Assembly (NCBI GenBank): GCA_017416205.1
Contig: JAFQDC010000107.1
Location: 11,345-75,344, forward strand
Source of the DNA: Clostridia bacterium
GTDB taxonomy: Bacteria > Bacillota > Clostridia > Oscillospirales > CAG-272
Length of the DNA stretch: 64,000 nucleotides
Reading direction: 5' to 3'
The notes below the pieces were generated by a model, which was not told the origin of the DNA, did no database searches, and was given only the letters and a program-made list of their open reading frames with translations. The stretch's first letter is position 1; every line of letters begins with the position of its first letter. A program made the translations under genes and the position numbers. Shown here one piece after another: positions 30,771 through 40,017 of the stretch.

Positions 30771-31556
30771 ATGGAATTTCATATGAGAAACAGCAGGGTC
30801 CTCAGAAAAATGAGGGAAGGCAAGGTTGCCACCTGCACAAAGATTAATCTTTCTGATCTCAGAAACTGCGAGATCGCTGCTATGTGCGGCTTTGACTGCA
30901 TATGGGTAGATATGGAGCATATTCCGAACGATTTCGCATTTATAGAAAACTCTGTCAGAGCTGCCAAGAATTTTGACGTTGATGTGCTTTGCAGAGTTGC
31001 CAAGGGCGGTTATAATGACCTTATTCGTCCTCTTGAGGCTGATTGCGCAGGTATTATGGTGCCTCATCTTATGAGCCTTGAGGAAGCAAAAAAAATAGTT
31101 TATTTCACAAAATTCCATCCTGTCGGAAGACGTCCCATAGACGGCGGAAATGCTGACGGTATGTATTGTCTTGTGGAAGAGCAGGAATATATCAAGACTG
31201 CGAACGAAGAACGCTTTGTAATCGTTCAGATAGAGGATCCCGAGCCTCTTGATGAGCTTGAGGAGATTTGTGCTCTTCCCGGAATTGATATGATATTCTT
31301 CGGCCCTGCTGATTTCAGCCAGGGTATAGGTAAGCCCTATATCTGTGATGATCCTTTGGTTCTTGAAATTAAAAAGCGTGTTGCAGAATGTGCTCGTAGG
31401 CACGGAAAATGGGCAGGTACTGTTGGTGGTACCGGCAACTTTGACTCTCTTGTTGAAATGGGATATACATTTATTTCAGTTGGTGCTGACGTTGTAGGTC
31501 TGTGGGATTATTATCTCAATATATCCAAGCAGATAAGTGGGAAGGATATCAAATAA
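30771..31556 (+). CDS. HpcH/HpaI-family aldolase (2-keto-3-deoxy-acid aldolase type)
   Basis: About 261 aa. GFDCIWVDMEH, VQIEDPE and FFGPADFS motifs typical of HpcH/HpaI aldolases. The start is ambiguous (30759, 30771 or 30783). Confidence 0.75.
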   Translation: MEFHMRNSRVLRKMREGKVATCTKINLSDLRNCEIAAMCGFDCIWVDMEHIPNDFAFIENSVRAAKNFDVDVLCRVAKGGYNDLIRPLEADCAGIMVPHLMSLEEAKKIVYFTKFHPVGRRPIDGGNADGMYCLVEEQEYIKTANEERFVIVQIEDPEPLDELEEICALPGIDMIFFGPADFSQGIGKPYICDDPLVLEIKKRVAECARRHGKWAGTVGGTGNFDSLVEMGYTFISVGADVVGLWDYYLNISKQISGKDIK

Positions 31557-32494
31557 TGAAATACACAACTGTTTTGGGTAAAAAAGTTTCAAAGATGTCT
31601 CTTGGAACCGTGCAGTTCGGTCTTCATTACGGTATTGCCAACGATGTCGGTAAGCCCGAAGAGTCCCAAAGTGCCGATATGATGAATTATGCTTTAAAAA
31701 ACGGTGTAACAAGCATTGATACGGCACGTGCATACGGAGATTCAGAAGAGATAATCGGAAGATTCTTTAAGGGATACAGCGGAGAGATTCCTTTTATATC
31801 TACCAAAGTTCCTCCATATCAGAATATTGATGATATCGCGGGACTTGAGAAGCATATCATTGAAAGTGTTGAAACCTCTCTTCAATGTCTTGGTCTGCAT
31901 AAGGTTGACAACATAATGCTTCATAATGGTGTCAGTCTTACAATAAACGGTGACAGGACTGCCAAGATCATGGGAGACCTTATAAAGCGCGGTTATTGCG
32001 ATATGGTAGGCGCTTCTGTGTATAACGCCTCGGAGATCGATAAAATGCTTTCTTATGAGCAGTATACCGTAACACAGATCCCCATGAGTATTTTTGATCA
32101 GCGTCTTATCAATACGGGATATGTGGACAAGCTTTCCAAGCGAGAATATACGGTTTTTGTCAGAAGCGTATTTTTACAGGGACTCTTCTTTTTGGATCCT
32201 GAGAAGATCACCGATCCGATACTCCTTGAGCATGCTTGCCCCGGAATATTAAAGCTTCGTGACCTTGCTGAAAAAGAGGGAATGAGTATTGCTGAGATGG
32301 CAATTTCATTTTTACGCGATTATCCCGGAGTTACAAGCCTTGTGCTTGGCTCTGATAACGTAGACCAGGTAAGCTCAAACATTCACTATTTTGATGCCCA
32401 TCCTCTTAGCGAGGAAACAAACAGTATTTTGAAAAAAACATTCGCAGACGTGAACATACCCGAGATCATGAAGGTGCTTTCACGTCCCAAGTAA
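31556..32494 (+). CDS. aldo/keto reductase
   Basis: MKYTTVLGKKVSKMSLGTVQFG N-terminus and IDTARAYGDSEE motif. The ATG overlaps the stop of the aldolase gene (TAATG). Confidence 0.85.
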   Translation: MKYTTVLGKKVSKMSLGTVQFGLHYGIANDVGKPEESQSADMMNYALKNGVTSIDTARAYGDSEEIIGRFFKGYSGEIPFISTKVPPYQNIDDIAGLEKHIIESVETSLQCLGLHKVDNIMLHNGVSLTINGDRTAKIMGDLIKRGYCDMVGASVYNASEIDKMLSYEQYTVTQIPMSIFDQRLINTGYVDKLSKREYTVFVRSVFLQGLFFLDPEKITDPILLEHACPGILKLRDLAEKEGMSIAEMAISFLRDYPGVTSLVLGSDNVDQVSSNIHYFDAHPLSEETNSILKKTFADVNIPEIMKVLSRPK

Positions 32495-32507
32495 ACGAGG
32501 TAGCATT

Positions 32508-33473
32508 ATGTCTAATTTTCCTCTTGGTGATAAAGAAATTAAGATCGGTATCCTCGGAATGACTGAAGGTAACGGTCACCCTTATTCATGGAGCGCTATT
32601 TTTAACGGATATAACTGGGATTATATGAAGGATTGTCCCTTTCCTGTGATTCCCCAGTATCTTTCAAAGCAGCCTCCTGAAACCTTTGGTATTCCCGGTG
32701 CAAAGATTACACATATCTGCTGTACAGGATATGCTGAACGAGAAATGGCTGAGCATATGGCAAAGGCTTCAAACATTCCAAACGTAGTTGATGATCCTCT
32801 TGAAATGCTTGGTCAGGTTGATGCTGTCATTTGTGCAACAGATGTTGGCGACGAGCATATAGAGCGCTGCAAGCCCTTCCTTGATGCAGGACTTCCTATG
32901 TTTATAGACAAGCCTCTTATCAACAAGGAAGAAGATCTTAAAACATTCGTAAAATGGAGGAAAGAGGGTAAAAAGTTTATTACCTGCTCAAGTCTTCGTT
33001 TTGCAAAGGAGTATACTCCATACCACGGTTCAACATATGAGTTTGGTAAGCTTATGTATATCTGTTCTCCTATGTCAAAGAAATGGGAGACTTATGGTAT
33101 ACATGCCCTTGAGCAAATGTATCCCATTCTCGGTCCCGGCTTTGTTTCTGTTCAGAATACGGGAACGTTTGAGCGTACTCACGTGCATTTGGTTCATAAG
33201 AGCGGATGCAGAGTTGATATTCCACAGGGAATCGGAATGGCAGGTGCCGGAATCCTTCTTATAGGAAGCGCGGGAAGCGCGTATCTGAACTCTATGGATT
33301 CATATTTTGATTTCAAAACTCAGCTCGTAAAGTTTGTTCATTGGCTCAGAACGGGCGAGGAGCCTTTCCCCTTTGAAGAAACTGTTGAGCTTATGAAGAT
33401 GGTCGTTGCAGGTCTCAGAAGCCGTGAGGAAGGCGGAAGAGTTGTAATGCTCGACGAGATCAATATTGATTAA
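32508..33473 (+). CDS. Gfo/Idh/MocA-like oxidoreductase
   Basis: 321 aa. N-terminal Rossmann-like IKIGILGMTEGNGHPYSW. Last gene of the operon. Confidence 0.6.
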   Translation: MSNFPLGDKEIKIGILGMTEGNGHPYSWSAIFNGYNWDYMKDCPFPVIPQYLSKQPPETFGIPGAKITHICCTGYAEREMAEHMAKASNIPNVVDDPLEMLGQVDAVICATDVGDEHIERCKPFLDAGLPMFIDKPLINKEEDLKTFVKWRKEGKKFITCSSLRFAKEYTPYHGSTYEFGKLMYICSPMSKKWETYGIHALEQMYPILGPGFVSVQNTGTFERTHVHLVHKSGCRVDIPQGIGMAGAGILLIGSAGSAYLNSMDSYFDFKTQLVKFVHWLRTGEEPFPFEETVELMKMVVAGLRSREEGGRVVMLDEINID

Positions 33474-33474
33474 C

Positions 33475-33509
33475 AAAAAAGTGATGCGGTGACCCGCATC
33501 ACTTTTTTT
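33475..33509. terminator. bidirectional terminator
   Basis: A-run, GTGATGCGG tgac CCGCATCAC, T-run, between convergent genes. Confidence 0.85.
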
Positions 33510-33514
33510 ATATT

Positions 33515-34939
33515 TTAATGCCTCTTTTTCAGTCGGAAGAAAAGTCTTGCGAGGGCTTTTGCGTTGAATGGCACCAGAGGATATAAATAATTTCTTTTTC
33601 CGTTTACGGTTTTGTTCGTTGCAACAAGAATGAAAGTAATAATGATTCCCGAGAGCAATCCCCACAGACCGAATAAAGCTGTAAGAAGCAAGGTGAGCAT
33701 TCTCATATATTTAAATGCGTATCCAAGCTCGTAGGATGATTGAGTGAAGTTCGTTATTGCTACAAATGCCATATAAAGAATTACGTCGGGACACAGCCAG
33801 CCTACTTGTACTGCAAAATCTCCGAGGAGAAGACCTCCCACGACTGAAAGGGAGTTTGACAAAGTGCTTGGTGTGTTAAGTGACGCCAGCTTCAGGCCGT
33901 CAAGCACAAACTCGGTCAAAAATAGCTGAACGATTATCGGAAGCTGTCCCGGATCCTTTGGGATAACAAAGCTCATCCATTGCGGAAGTGAGCTTTCGTA
34001 TTGTAAGAGAAGATACCACAAAGGAGTAATTATAACTGTAAGCCAGAATATTATATGCCTGATTATACGCAGATACGTTCCGGTCAGCGGAGGAAAATAA
34101 TAATCGTCTGTTTCCTGAAGAAAGTCAAAAATAGAAGTCGGAAAGAGCATTGCTTCCGGGCTGTTGTCGCATATAAGGACAACGCCTCCTTCAAGAATGG
34201 TTGCAGCAACTGCATCAGGCCGCTCTGTTGTTCTTATTTTTGGAAATGGGTTGTACCATTTTTGATTTATCAGAGTTTCAGCGACACTTCTGTGTCCCAT
34301 CACAAGGGAATGACATTTCATATTACTTATGCGGTTTGTAAGCTCGTTAACATAATCACTGTCAGCTTCTCCCTCAATATAACAAAGTGCCATATCGGTA
34401 CGGGTTTGTGTTCCCGCAGTAAGATATTTGATACGAAGCTTTGGGTCGCGTATCCTACGACGTATCATCGCAGTATTGAATATCATCGTTTCCACAAAAC
34501 CGTCACGGCTTCCTCGCATGACTCTGTCATTTTCGGGCTCAGACGTGGTTCTTGCAGGATACGTGCGCATATCGATAACAAGGGCATTTGGACCAAAGCC
34601 TTCGCAAAGAAACGCCGTACAACCCGAAAGAACAGCAACAGTAAGCGCATCGATACTGTTCTGAACGTCGACCTCAACGGCAGGAAGGGAAGTGTCTGCA
34701 AACTGCTTTGCGGCATCTCTGCTTTTGTCGCCAAGATCTTTAACGGAAAACAGATGCATCATAAGCTTTTGCATTGACTCAGCTTTAATGAATCCGTCAA
34801 CGTAGTACATAACGCACTTTGTATTCGCAATATTCAGTGTTCTTTTGATCAGATCGAAGTTTTCATCACACTTAAGGATATTATCCATTTCTGTGACGTT
34901 CTTCTCAAAATCATTACTTAATATATCTCTATTAACCAT
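33515..34939 (-). CDS. GerA-family spore germination protein / SpoVAF-like
   Basis: 474 aa. Soluble N-terminal domain plus a C-terminal block of TM helices, typical of GerAA/SpoVAF. No adjacent GerAB or GerAC genes. Confidence 0.7.
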   Translation of the reverse strand: MVNRDILSNDFEKNVTEMDNILKCDENFDLIKRTLNIANTKCVMYYVDGFIKAESMQKLMMHLFSVKDLGDKSRDAAKQFADTSLPAVEVDVQNSIDALTVAVLSGCTAFLCEGFGPNALVIDMRTYPARTTSEPENDRVMRGSRDGFVETMIFNTAMIRRRIRDPKLRIKYLTAGTQTRTDMALCYIEGEADSDYVNELTNRISNMKCHSLVMGHRSVAETLINQKWYNPFPKIRTTERPDAVAATILEGGVVLICDNSPEAMLFPTSIFDFLQETDDYYFPPLTGTYLRIIRHIIFWLTVIITPLWYLLLQYESSLPQWMSFVIPKDPGQLPIIVQLFLTEFVLDGLKLASLNTPSTLSNSLSVVGGLLLGDFAVQVGWLCPDVILYMAFVAITNFTQSSYELGYAFKYMRMLTLLLTALFGLWGLLSGIIITFILVATNKTVNGKRNYLYPLVPFNAKALARLFFRLKKRH

Positions 34940-35030
34940 AAATGCCCCTTTTTGCTGTTTACGGTTAGTATTTGCAAAAATATGATAATTATGTAAAAAG
35001 GAACGGTGAATTCACTGTTCCCAATAATTA

Positions 35031-35627
35031 TTAATAATATCTGATACTTGCGACTACCTTGCCGAGAATCCGAACGTGGTCTGTAAAAATAGGCTCGTAT
35101 TCATCATTTTCGGGCTGAAGTCGGAATTTTCCGTCCTCAGCATAAAAGGTTTTAACGGTAGCTTCGTCATCAATAAGAGCAACAATGATCTCTCCGTTAT
35201 ACGCAACGTCACAGCGCTCAACAATAACTGTATCGCCGTCAAGGATTCCCGCATTGATCATACTTCTGCCGCGAACCTTAAGCGCAAAAAGGGAAGAGGA
35301 GTTGAATCTTCTGCCTTCGGGAGAAAAGGTAACAAACCCGTCGTTATCCTCATAAGCAAAGATGGGTGAGCCCGCGGTAACCTTTCCTATAACGGGTACT
35401 CTGTACACCGGGGTATCGTCAACAGGGCGAAGAGAGCGACTCTTTGAAGCATCCTTTCTGAGGTATCCCTTGTCACAAAGCTTTTCTATATAGTTGTATA
35501 CAGTAGCGGTACTGCCGATACCCATCGCCGCTCTTATGTCACGAACGCTTGGTGAATAGCCGGTTTCCTCGAACTGACGTGTTATGTAATCAAATATTTC
35601 TTTTTCACGGGGGGTGAGCTGTTCCAT
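35031..35627 (-). CDS. lexA: LexA repressor
   Basis: 198 aa. N-terminal wHTH, an AG cleavage site (GKVTAGSP), catalytic Ser (RGRSM) and Lys (TVKTF). Confidence 0.95.
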   Translation of the reverse strand: MEQLTPREKEIFDYITRQFEETGYSPSVRDIRAAMGIGSTATVYNYIEKLCDKGYLRKDASKSRSLRPVDDTPVYRVPVIGKVTAGSPIFAYEDNDGFVTFSPEGRRFNSSSLFALKVRGRSMINAGILDGDTVIVERCDVAYNGEIIVALIDDEATVKTFYAEDGKFRLQPENDEYEPIFTDHVRILGKVVASIRYY

Positions 35628-35643
35628 ATTTACCTCCGATTAT

Positions 35644-35655
35644 AAACAAATGTTT
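35644..35655. promoter_or_regulatory. candidate LexA (Cheo-type) box
   Basis: AAACAAATGTTT lies 17 nt upstream of the lexA start. It fits GAAC-N4-GTTC with one change in each half-site. Confidence 0.45.
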
Positions 35656-35790
35656 TTATTATTATAACATCTGAATCTGTAAAAGTAAATATGAAAAACA
35701 AATTTAATTGGTGGATAATACTTAAAACTATTCAGGCGTTGCATTTTCATATATTTAACACATTTTTAAAACAAATATTTATTACACCTA

Positions 35791-35819
35791 TTGCAAAAGT
35801 TTTGTATTGATGATAGAAT
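35791..35819 (+). promoter_or_regulatory. sigma-A type promoter for PEPCK
   Basis: TTGCAA, 17 nt, TAGAAT. Confidence 0.55.
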
Positions 35820-35873
35820 ATATTCAGCAAAATATGGATTAAATTTTGTTAATCTTTAAAAGGAGATAATAAT

Positions 35874-37652
35874 ATGACCAACAACAAGTATGTTCTTTCC
35901 TGGATCGAAGAGATGGCTGCTATTACAAAGCCTGATAAGATCGTATGGATTGACGGAACAGAAGAACAGGCTGAGGCTCTCCGTGCTGAGGCTTGCTCCA
36001 CAGGCGAGATGCAGAAGCTCAATGAGGAGCTCCTTCCCAACTGCTACCTCCACCGCACCGCAGTAAACGACGTTGCTCGTGTTGAGGGCAGAACCTATAT
36101 CTGCACACCTACAAAGGAAGAAGCAGGTAACATCAATAACTGGATGGATCCCGAAGAGATGTATGCTAAGCTCTACAAGCTCTACACAGGAGCTATGCAG
36201 GGCAGAACTATGTATGTTATCCCCTATTCCATGGGCGTAGTTGGCTCTGACTTTGCTAAGTACGGTATCGAGCTTACAGACTCTATCTACGTTGTTCTCA
36301 ATATGCTTATCATGACACGTGTAGGCACTAATGTTCTTGAAGCTCTCGGCGATAGCCCTGATTACATCAAGGGTCTCCACGCTAAGGCTGATATCGACGA
36401 AGAGAACCGTTATATCGTTCATTTCCCTCAGGACAATACAATCATGTCCGTTAACTCCGGATACGGCGGAAACGTTCTTCTCGGTAAGAAGTGCTTCGCT
36501 CTCAGAATTGCTTCCTATCTTGGCCGTAAGGAAGGCTGGATGGCAGAGCATATGCTCATCCTCGGTCTTGAGAATCCCGAAGGCGAGATCAAGTATATTT
36601 CTGCTGCATTCCCCTCTGCTTGCGGTAAGACAAACCTCGCAATGCTCATTCCTCCCGAGATCTTCAAGAAGCAGGGATATAAGGTTTGGTGCGTAGGCGA
36701 CGATATCGCATGGCTCCGTGTTGGTAAGGATGGCAGACTTTGGGCTGTTAACCCCGAGAACGGCTTCTTCGGCGTTGCTCCCGGTACAAACGACAAGTCC
36801 AACCCCAATGCTCTTGCAACAACTATGCGTGATACTATCTTCACAAACGTTGTTCATGATCTTGATAACAATACAGTTTGGTGGGAAGGCCTTAACGATA
36901 ATCCTCCCGCAAACGCTATTGACTGGAGAGGTAATCCCTGGGATATCTCTAAGTATGACAAGAACAACAAGGCAGCTACAGCAGGTGCTCATCCCAACTC
37001 CCGTTTCACAGCTCTTGCAAAGAACTGCCCCTGCATCTCTTCTGAGTTTGACAGCATTACAGGTGTTCCGATCTCTGCTATCGTATTCGGCGGCAGACGT
37101 GCTAAGACTGCTCCTCTGGTATACCAGTCCTTCAACTGGCAGCACGGTTCATTCGTTGGTTCCATCATGGCATCCGAGACAACAGCAGCTGCAGCAGGCG
37201 CTGTAGGCGTTGTTCGTCGTGACCCCATGGCTATGCGTCCCTTCGTTGGCTACAACATGGGTGACTACTGGAAGCACTGGCTCGATATGGGCAAGGTTAT
37301 CCCCAATGCACCCAAGATCTTCCACGTTAACTGGTTCCGTACCGATGCTGACGGTCACTTCATTTGGCCCGGATTCGGTGACAACATGAGAGTTCTTAAC
37401 TGGATCATCGACCGTTGCGAGGATAAGGTTGACGCTGTTGAGACTGCTATCGGTTATGTTCCTAAGGCTGAGGACATCAACATCGAGGGTCTCGATATCT
37501 CCATTGATACTATCCGCGAGCTTCTTACAGTAGACGTTGAGTCCTGGAAGGAAGATGTTCAGAACATCAAGGAGTTCTACGCTCTTGTTGGCGATCACGT
37601 TCCTGCAGAGATGCATGAAGAGCTTGCAGCTCTCGAGGCAAGACTCGGCTAA
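35874..37652 (+). CDS. pck: phosphoenolpyruvate carboxykinase (GTP)
   Basis: 592 aa. PEPCK-GTP kinase-1a motif FPSACGKTN, with the WMAEHM and GDDIAW motifs. Confidence 0.95.
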   Translation: MTNNKYVLSWIEEMAAITKPDKIVWIDGTEEQAEALRAEACSTGEMQKLNEELLPNCYLHRTAVNDVARVEGRTYICTPTKEEAGNINNWMDPEEMYAKLYKLYTGAMQGRTMYVIPYSMGVVGSDFAKYGIELTDSIYVVLNMLIMTRVGTNVLEALGDSPDYIKGLHAKADIDEENRYIVHFPQDNTIMSVNSGYGGNVLLGKKCFALRIASYLGRKEGWMAEHMLILGLENPEGEIKYISAAFPSACGKTNLAMLIPPEIFKKQGYKVWCVGDDIAWLRVGKDGRLWAVNPENGFFGVAPGTNDKSNPNALATTMRDTIFTNVVHDLDNNTVWWEGLNDNPPANAIDWRGNPWDISKYDKNNKAATAGAHPNSRFTALAKNCPCISSEFDSITGVPISAIVFGGRRAKTAPLVYQSFNWQHGSFVGSIMASETTAAAAGAVGVVRRDPMAMRPFVGYNMGDYWKHWLDMGKVIPNAPKIFHVNWFRTDADGHFIWPGFGDNMRVLNWIIDRCEDKVDAVETAIGYVPKAEDINIEGLDISIDTIRELLTVDVESWKEDVQNIKEFYALVGDHVPAEMHEELAALEARLG

Positions 37653-37668
37653 TAAACAGTTTTACGAT

Positions 37669-37699
37669 AAAACCCACCGCGAATGCGGTGGGTTTTGTT
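37669..37699 (+). terminator. Rho-independent terminator
   Basis: AACCCACCGC gaat GCGGTGGGTT followed by TTTGTT. Confidence 0.8.
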
Positions 37700-37733
37700 A
37701 GTTATATTTATTTACTATTATGTGTGGACCTAA

Positions 37734-37961
37734 TTATTTCAATCTTGATATTGGAATTACAATATTGGTAAGTAAGGATACGAGAATTGCAAGGATACCG
37801 ATTATAAGAATAAGCACGCCGTAAACTTCTGAATGAAACGCGATGCCGAGCCACAATGCGGCATATCCCGCGAGCGAGAAAAGACATCTCAAAAGAAGGC
37901 CGAAGTTTTTGAAAAATCCGCCCTTATCATTTCTTTTTCTTCGATTTGTTTTCTTTTTCAT
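37734..37961 (-). CDS. small membrane protein with a strongly basic N-terminus
   Basis: 75 aa from the ATG preceded by GGGAGG (MKKKTNRRKRNDKGG...), followed by two TM helices. Confidence 0.4.
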   Translation of the reverse strand: MKKKTNRRKRNDKGGFFKNFGLLLRCLFSLAGYAALWLGIAFHSEVYGVLILIIGILAILVSLLTNIVIPISRLK

Positions 37962-37974
37962 TTTGTCCTCCCTT

Positions 37975-38280
37975 TTACCGGCCAATCGTTATAAGGTTGT
38001 ATTCCAAAAGTGCAAGAAATATTCCAAGTGCAATCTGAACGAGCAGGGAAGCCCATACGCCTATACCGAACTGGAATTTCTCGAAAAAAGACGTCTTGTG
38101 TCTGAATACGTACATACCAACTATACCGCCAAGAGCACCGCCTAAGGAAATGAAGGAAAGCAGTACAGATTCCGGTATTCTGCGTCCACGGTCTCGCATT
38201 GATGTGATTTTGTCTTTGGCAAATAATATTACAGTGATCACACTGATTATTGCCGTTACTATTAAATAATATTTCAGCAT
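37975..38280 (-). CDS. DUF1294-family membrane protein
   Basis: 101 aa. RIPESVLL..SLGGALGG..GMYVFRHKT motif characteristic of DUF1294. GGAGGTG RBS. Confidence 0.7.
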   Translation of the reverse strand: MLKYYLIVTAIISVITVILFAKDKITSMRDRGRRIPESVLLSFISLGGALGGIVGMYVFRHKTSFFEKFQFGIGVWASLLVQIALGIFLALLEYNLITIGR

Positions 38281-38419
38281 ATCGCACCTCCGTTTTTAAT
38301 ATGCTAACACGATTTTACTTTCTTGTCAATTTTCTTTTTACAAAAATGCAAAAATTTGTTGATGTCTCGTTGAAAATGTGATATCATATATCTTGTTGAT
38401 AAACATTGCGAGGTGTACC

Positions 38420-39901
38420 ATGAAAGTAGGCTTTGATAACAGCGAATATATGTCGATCCAGTCGGAATGCATAAGAGAACGCATTTCTCAGTTTGGCGGC
38501 AAGCTCTATCTTGAGTTTGGCGGCAAGCTCTTTGACGATTTCCATGCATCCCGTGTTCTTCCCGGTTTTGAGCCTGATTCCAAGATCAGAATGCTTGCAA
38601 CTATGAAGGATGAGGCAGAGATCGTTGTTGTTATTAATGCAGAGGATATTGAAAAGAATAAGATAAGAGGAGATCTCGGTATAACATACGATGACGACGT
38701 GCTTCGTCTTATAGATGCTTTCCGTACTATGGGATTTTACGTTGGCAGCGTCGTAATCACAAGATATCAGTCTCAGCCCGGTGCCGATCTTTTCAGAGAA
38801 AAGCTTAAAAGCTTCGGTATTAAGAGCTTTCTTCATTATTCTATTCCCGGATATCCTTCAGATATTGCAAAGATCGTAAGCGAAAACGGATACGGCAAAA
38901 ACGATTATATAGAAACAGAGCGTCCTCTTGTTGTTGTCACTGCTCCCGGACCTGGAAGCGGTAAGATGGCTGTGTGTCTTTCTCAGCTTTATCATGAAAA
39001 TAAGCGCGGCATCAAAGCAGGATATGCAAAGTTTGAGACATTCCCAATCTGGAACCTTGCTCTCAAGCATCCCGTTAACGTTGCATATGAATCAGCAACA
39101 GCCGATCTTGACGACGTTAATATGATCGACCCCTTCCACCTTGAGGCGTACGGTACAACTGCAGTAAACTATAACCGTGACGTGGAAATTTTCCCTGTGC
39201 TTCGTGCAATGATGGAAAAAATGCTTGGAGAATGCCCTTATAAGTCTCCTACAGATATGGGAGTAAATATGGCAGGCTTCTGCATATTTGATGATGAAGC
39301 TGTCAGGGAAGCTGCAAATATGGAAATTCTCCGCAGATATTATGCTGCAGCCCAGGATTTTGCAAAGCTTTCCGGCTCCGAAGCCCTTGTTAACAAACAT
39401 GAGCTTATTATGCAGCAGGCACGCGTTTCAAAGGATCTTAACCCTGCGATTGCTGCTTCTCTTGAAAAGGAAGAGAATACAGGATATCCTGCTGGAGCAA
39501 TGGTCCTTAATGACGGATCTATAATTACGGGTAAGACCAGTGATCTTCTCGGAGCATCAGCAGCTCTTCTTCTCAATGCAGTGAAGAAGCTTGCAGGAAT
39601 TCCCGACGAGGTATATCTTATCAGTGCTGAGATTCTTGAGCCTATCTGCAGTATGAAAACTGCACTGCTCGGAAGCCGCAATCCAAGACTTCATTCCGAT
39701 GAGGTACTTATTGCGTTGGCGGCAAGCTCAGTAAAGAACGAGGATGCAAAACGTGCAATGGAAGCAATTCCGCTTCTTAAGGATTGCGATGCTCATTTTT
39801 CAGTTATCATATCCTCAGTTGACGAAAAGACGTATAAAAAGCTTGGAATCAACGTTACCTGTGAACCGAAATACGAGCACAGAACACTTTATCATAAATA
39901 A
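38420..39901 (+). CDS. DUF1846 / UPF0371-family protein
   Basis: 493 aa starting MKVGFDNSEYMSIQSE... The LEFGGKLFDD and APGPGSGKMA motifs are as I recall for UPF0371. Confidence 0.7.
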   Translation: MKVGFDNSEYMSIQSECIRERISQFGGKLYLEFGGKLFDDFHASRVLPGFEPDSKIRMLATMKDEAEIVVVINAEDIEKNKIRGDLGITYDDDVLRLIDAFRTMGFYVGSVVITRYQSQPGADLFREKLKSFGIKSFLHYSIPGYPSDIAKIVSENGYGKNDYIETERPLVVVTAPGPGSGKMAVCLSQLYHENKRGIKAGYAKFETFPIWNLALKHPVNVAYESATADLDDVNMIDPFHLEAYGTTAVNYNRDVEIFPVLRAMMEKMLGECPYKSPTDMGVNMAGFCIFDDEAVREAANMEILRRYYAAAQDFAKLSGSEALVNKHELIMQQARVSKDLNPAIAASLEKEENTGYPAGAMVLNDGSIITGKTSDLLGASAALLLNAVKKLAGIPDEVYLISAEILEPICSMKTALLGSRNPRLHSDEVLIALAASSVKNEDAKRAMEAIPLLKDCDAHFSVIISSVDEKTYKKLGINVTCEPKYEHRTLYHK

Positions 39902-39907
39902 GAGTAA

Positions 39908-39934
39908 GAAAAACCGCCTGTGTGGCGGTTTTTC
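39908..39934 (+). terminator. Rho-independent terminator
   Basis: AACCGCC tgtgt GGCGGTT followed by TTTCCTGTTTTT. Confidence 0.7.
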
Positions 39935-40017
39935 CTGTTTTTCCCTTGAAATATATTATAAATATGGTATAATTATCTTAACGGTGTAACCGAATTTTGT
40001 GCGTTTAGAGGTATATT

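Noticed and set aside
30456-31403. 315-aa minus-strand ORF spanning the SDR/aldolase junction.
   Set aside because: It crosses two well-supported plus-strand genes and an intergenic gap. It is an antisense artefact.
34055-34777. 240-aa plus-strand ORF opposite the GerA/SpoVAF-like gene.
   Set aside because: It is an antisense shadow. The minus-strand product has the expected soluble-plus-TM domain architecture.
35856-37145. 429-aa minus-strand ORF, plus several 100-160-aa ORFs, overlapping the PEPCK gene.
   Set aside because: These are antisense or off-frame shadows of a highly expressed, codon-biased gene. PEPCK motifs unambiguously define the plus-strand frame.
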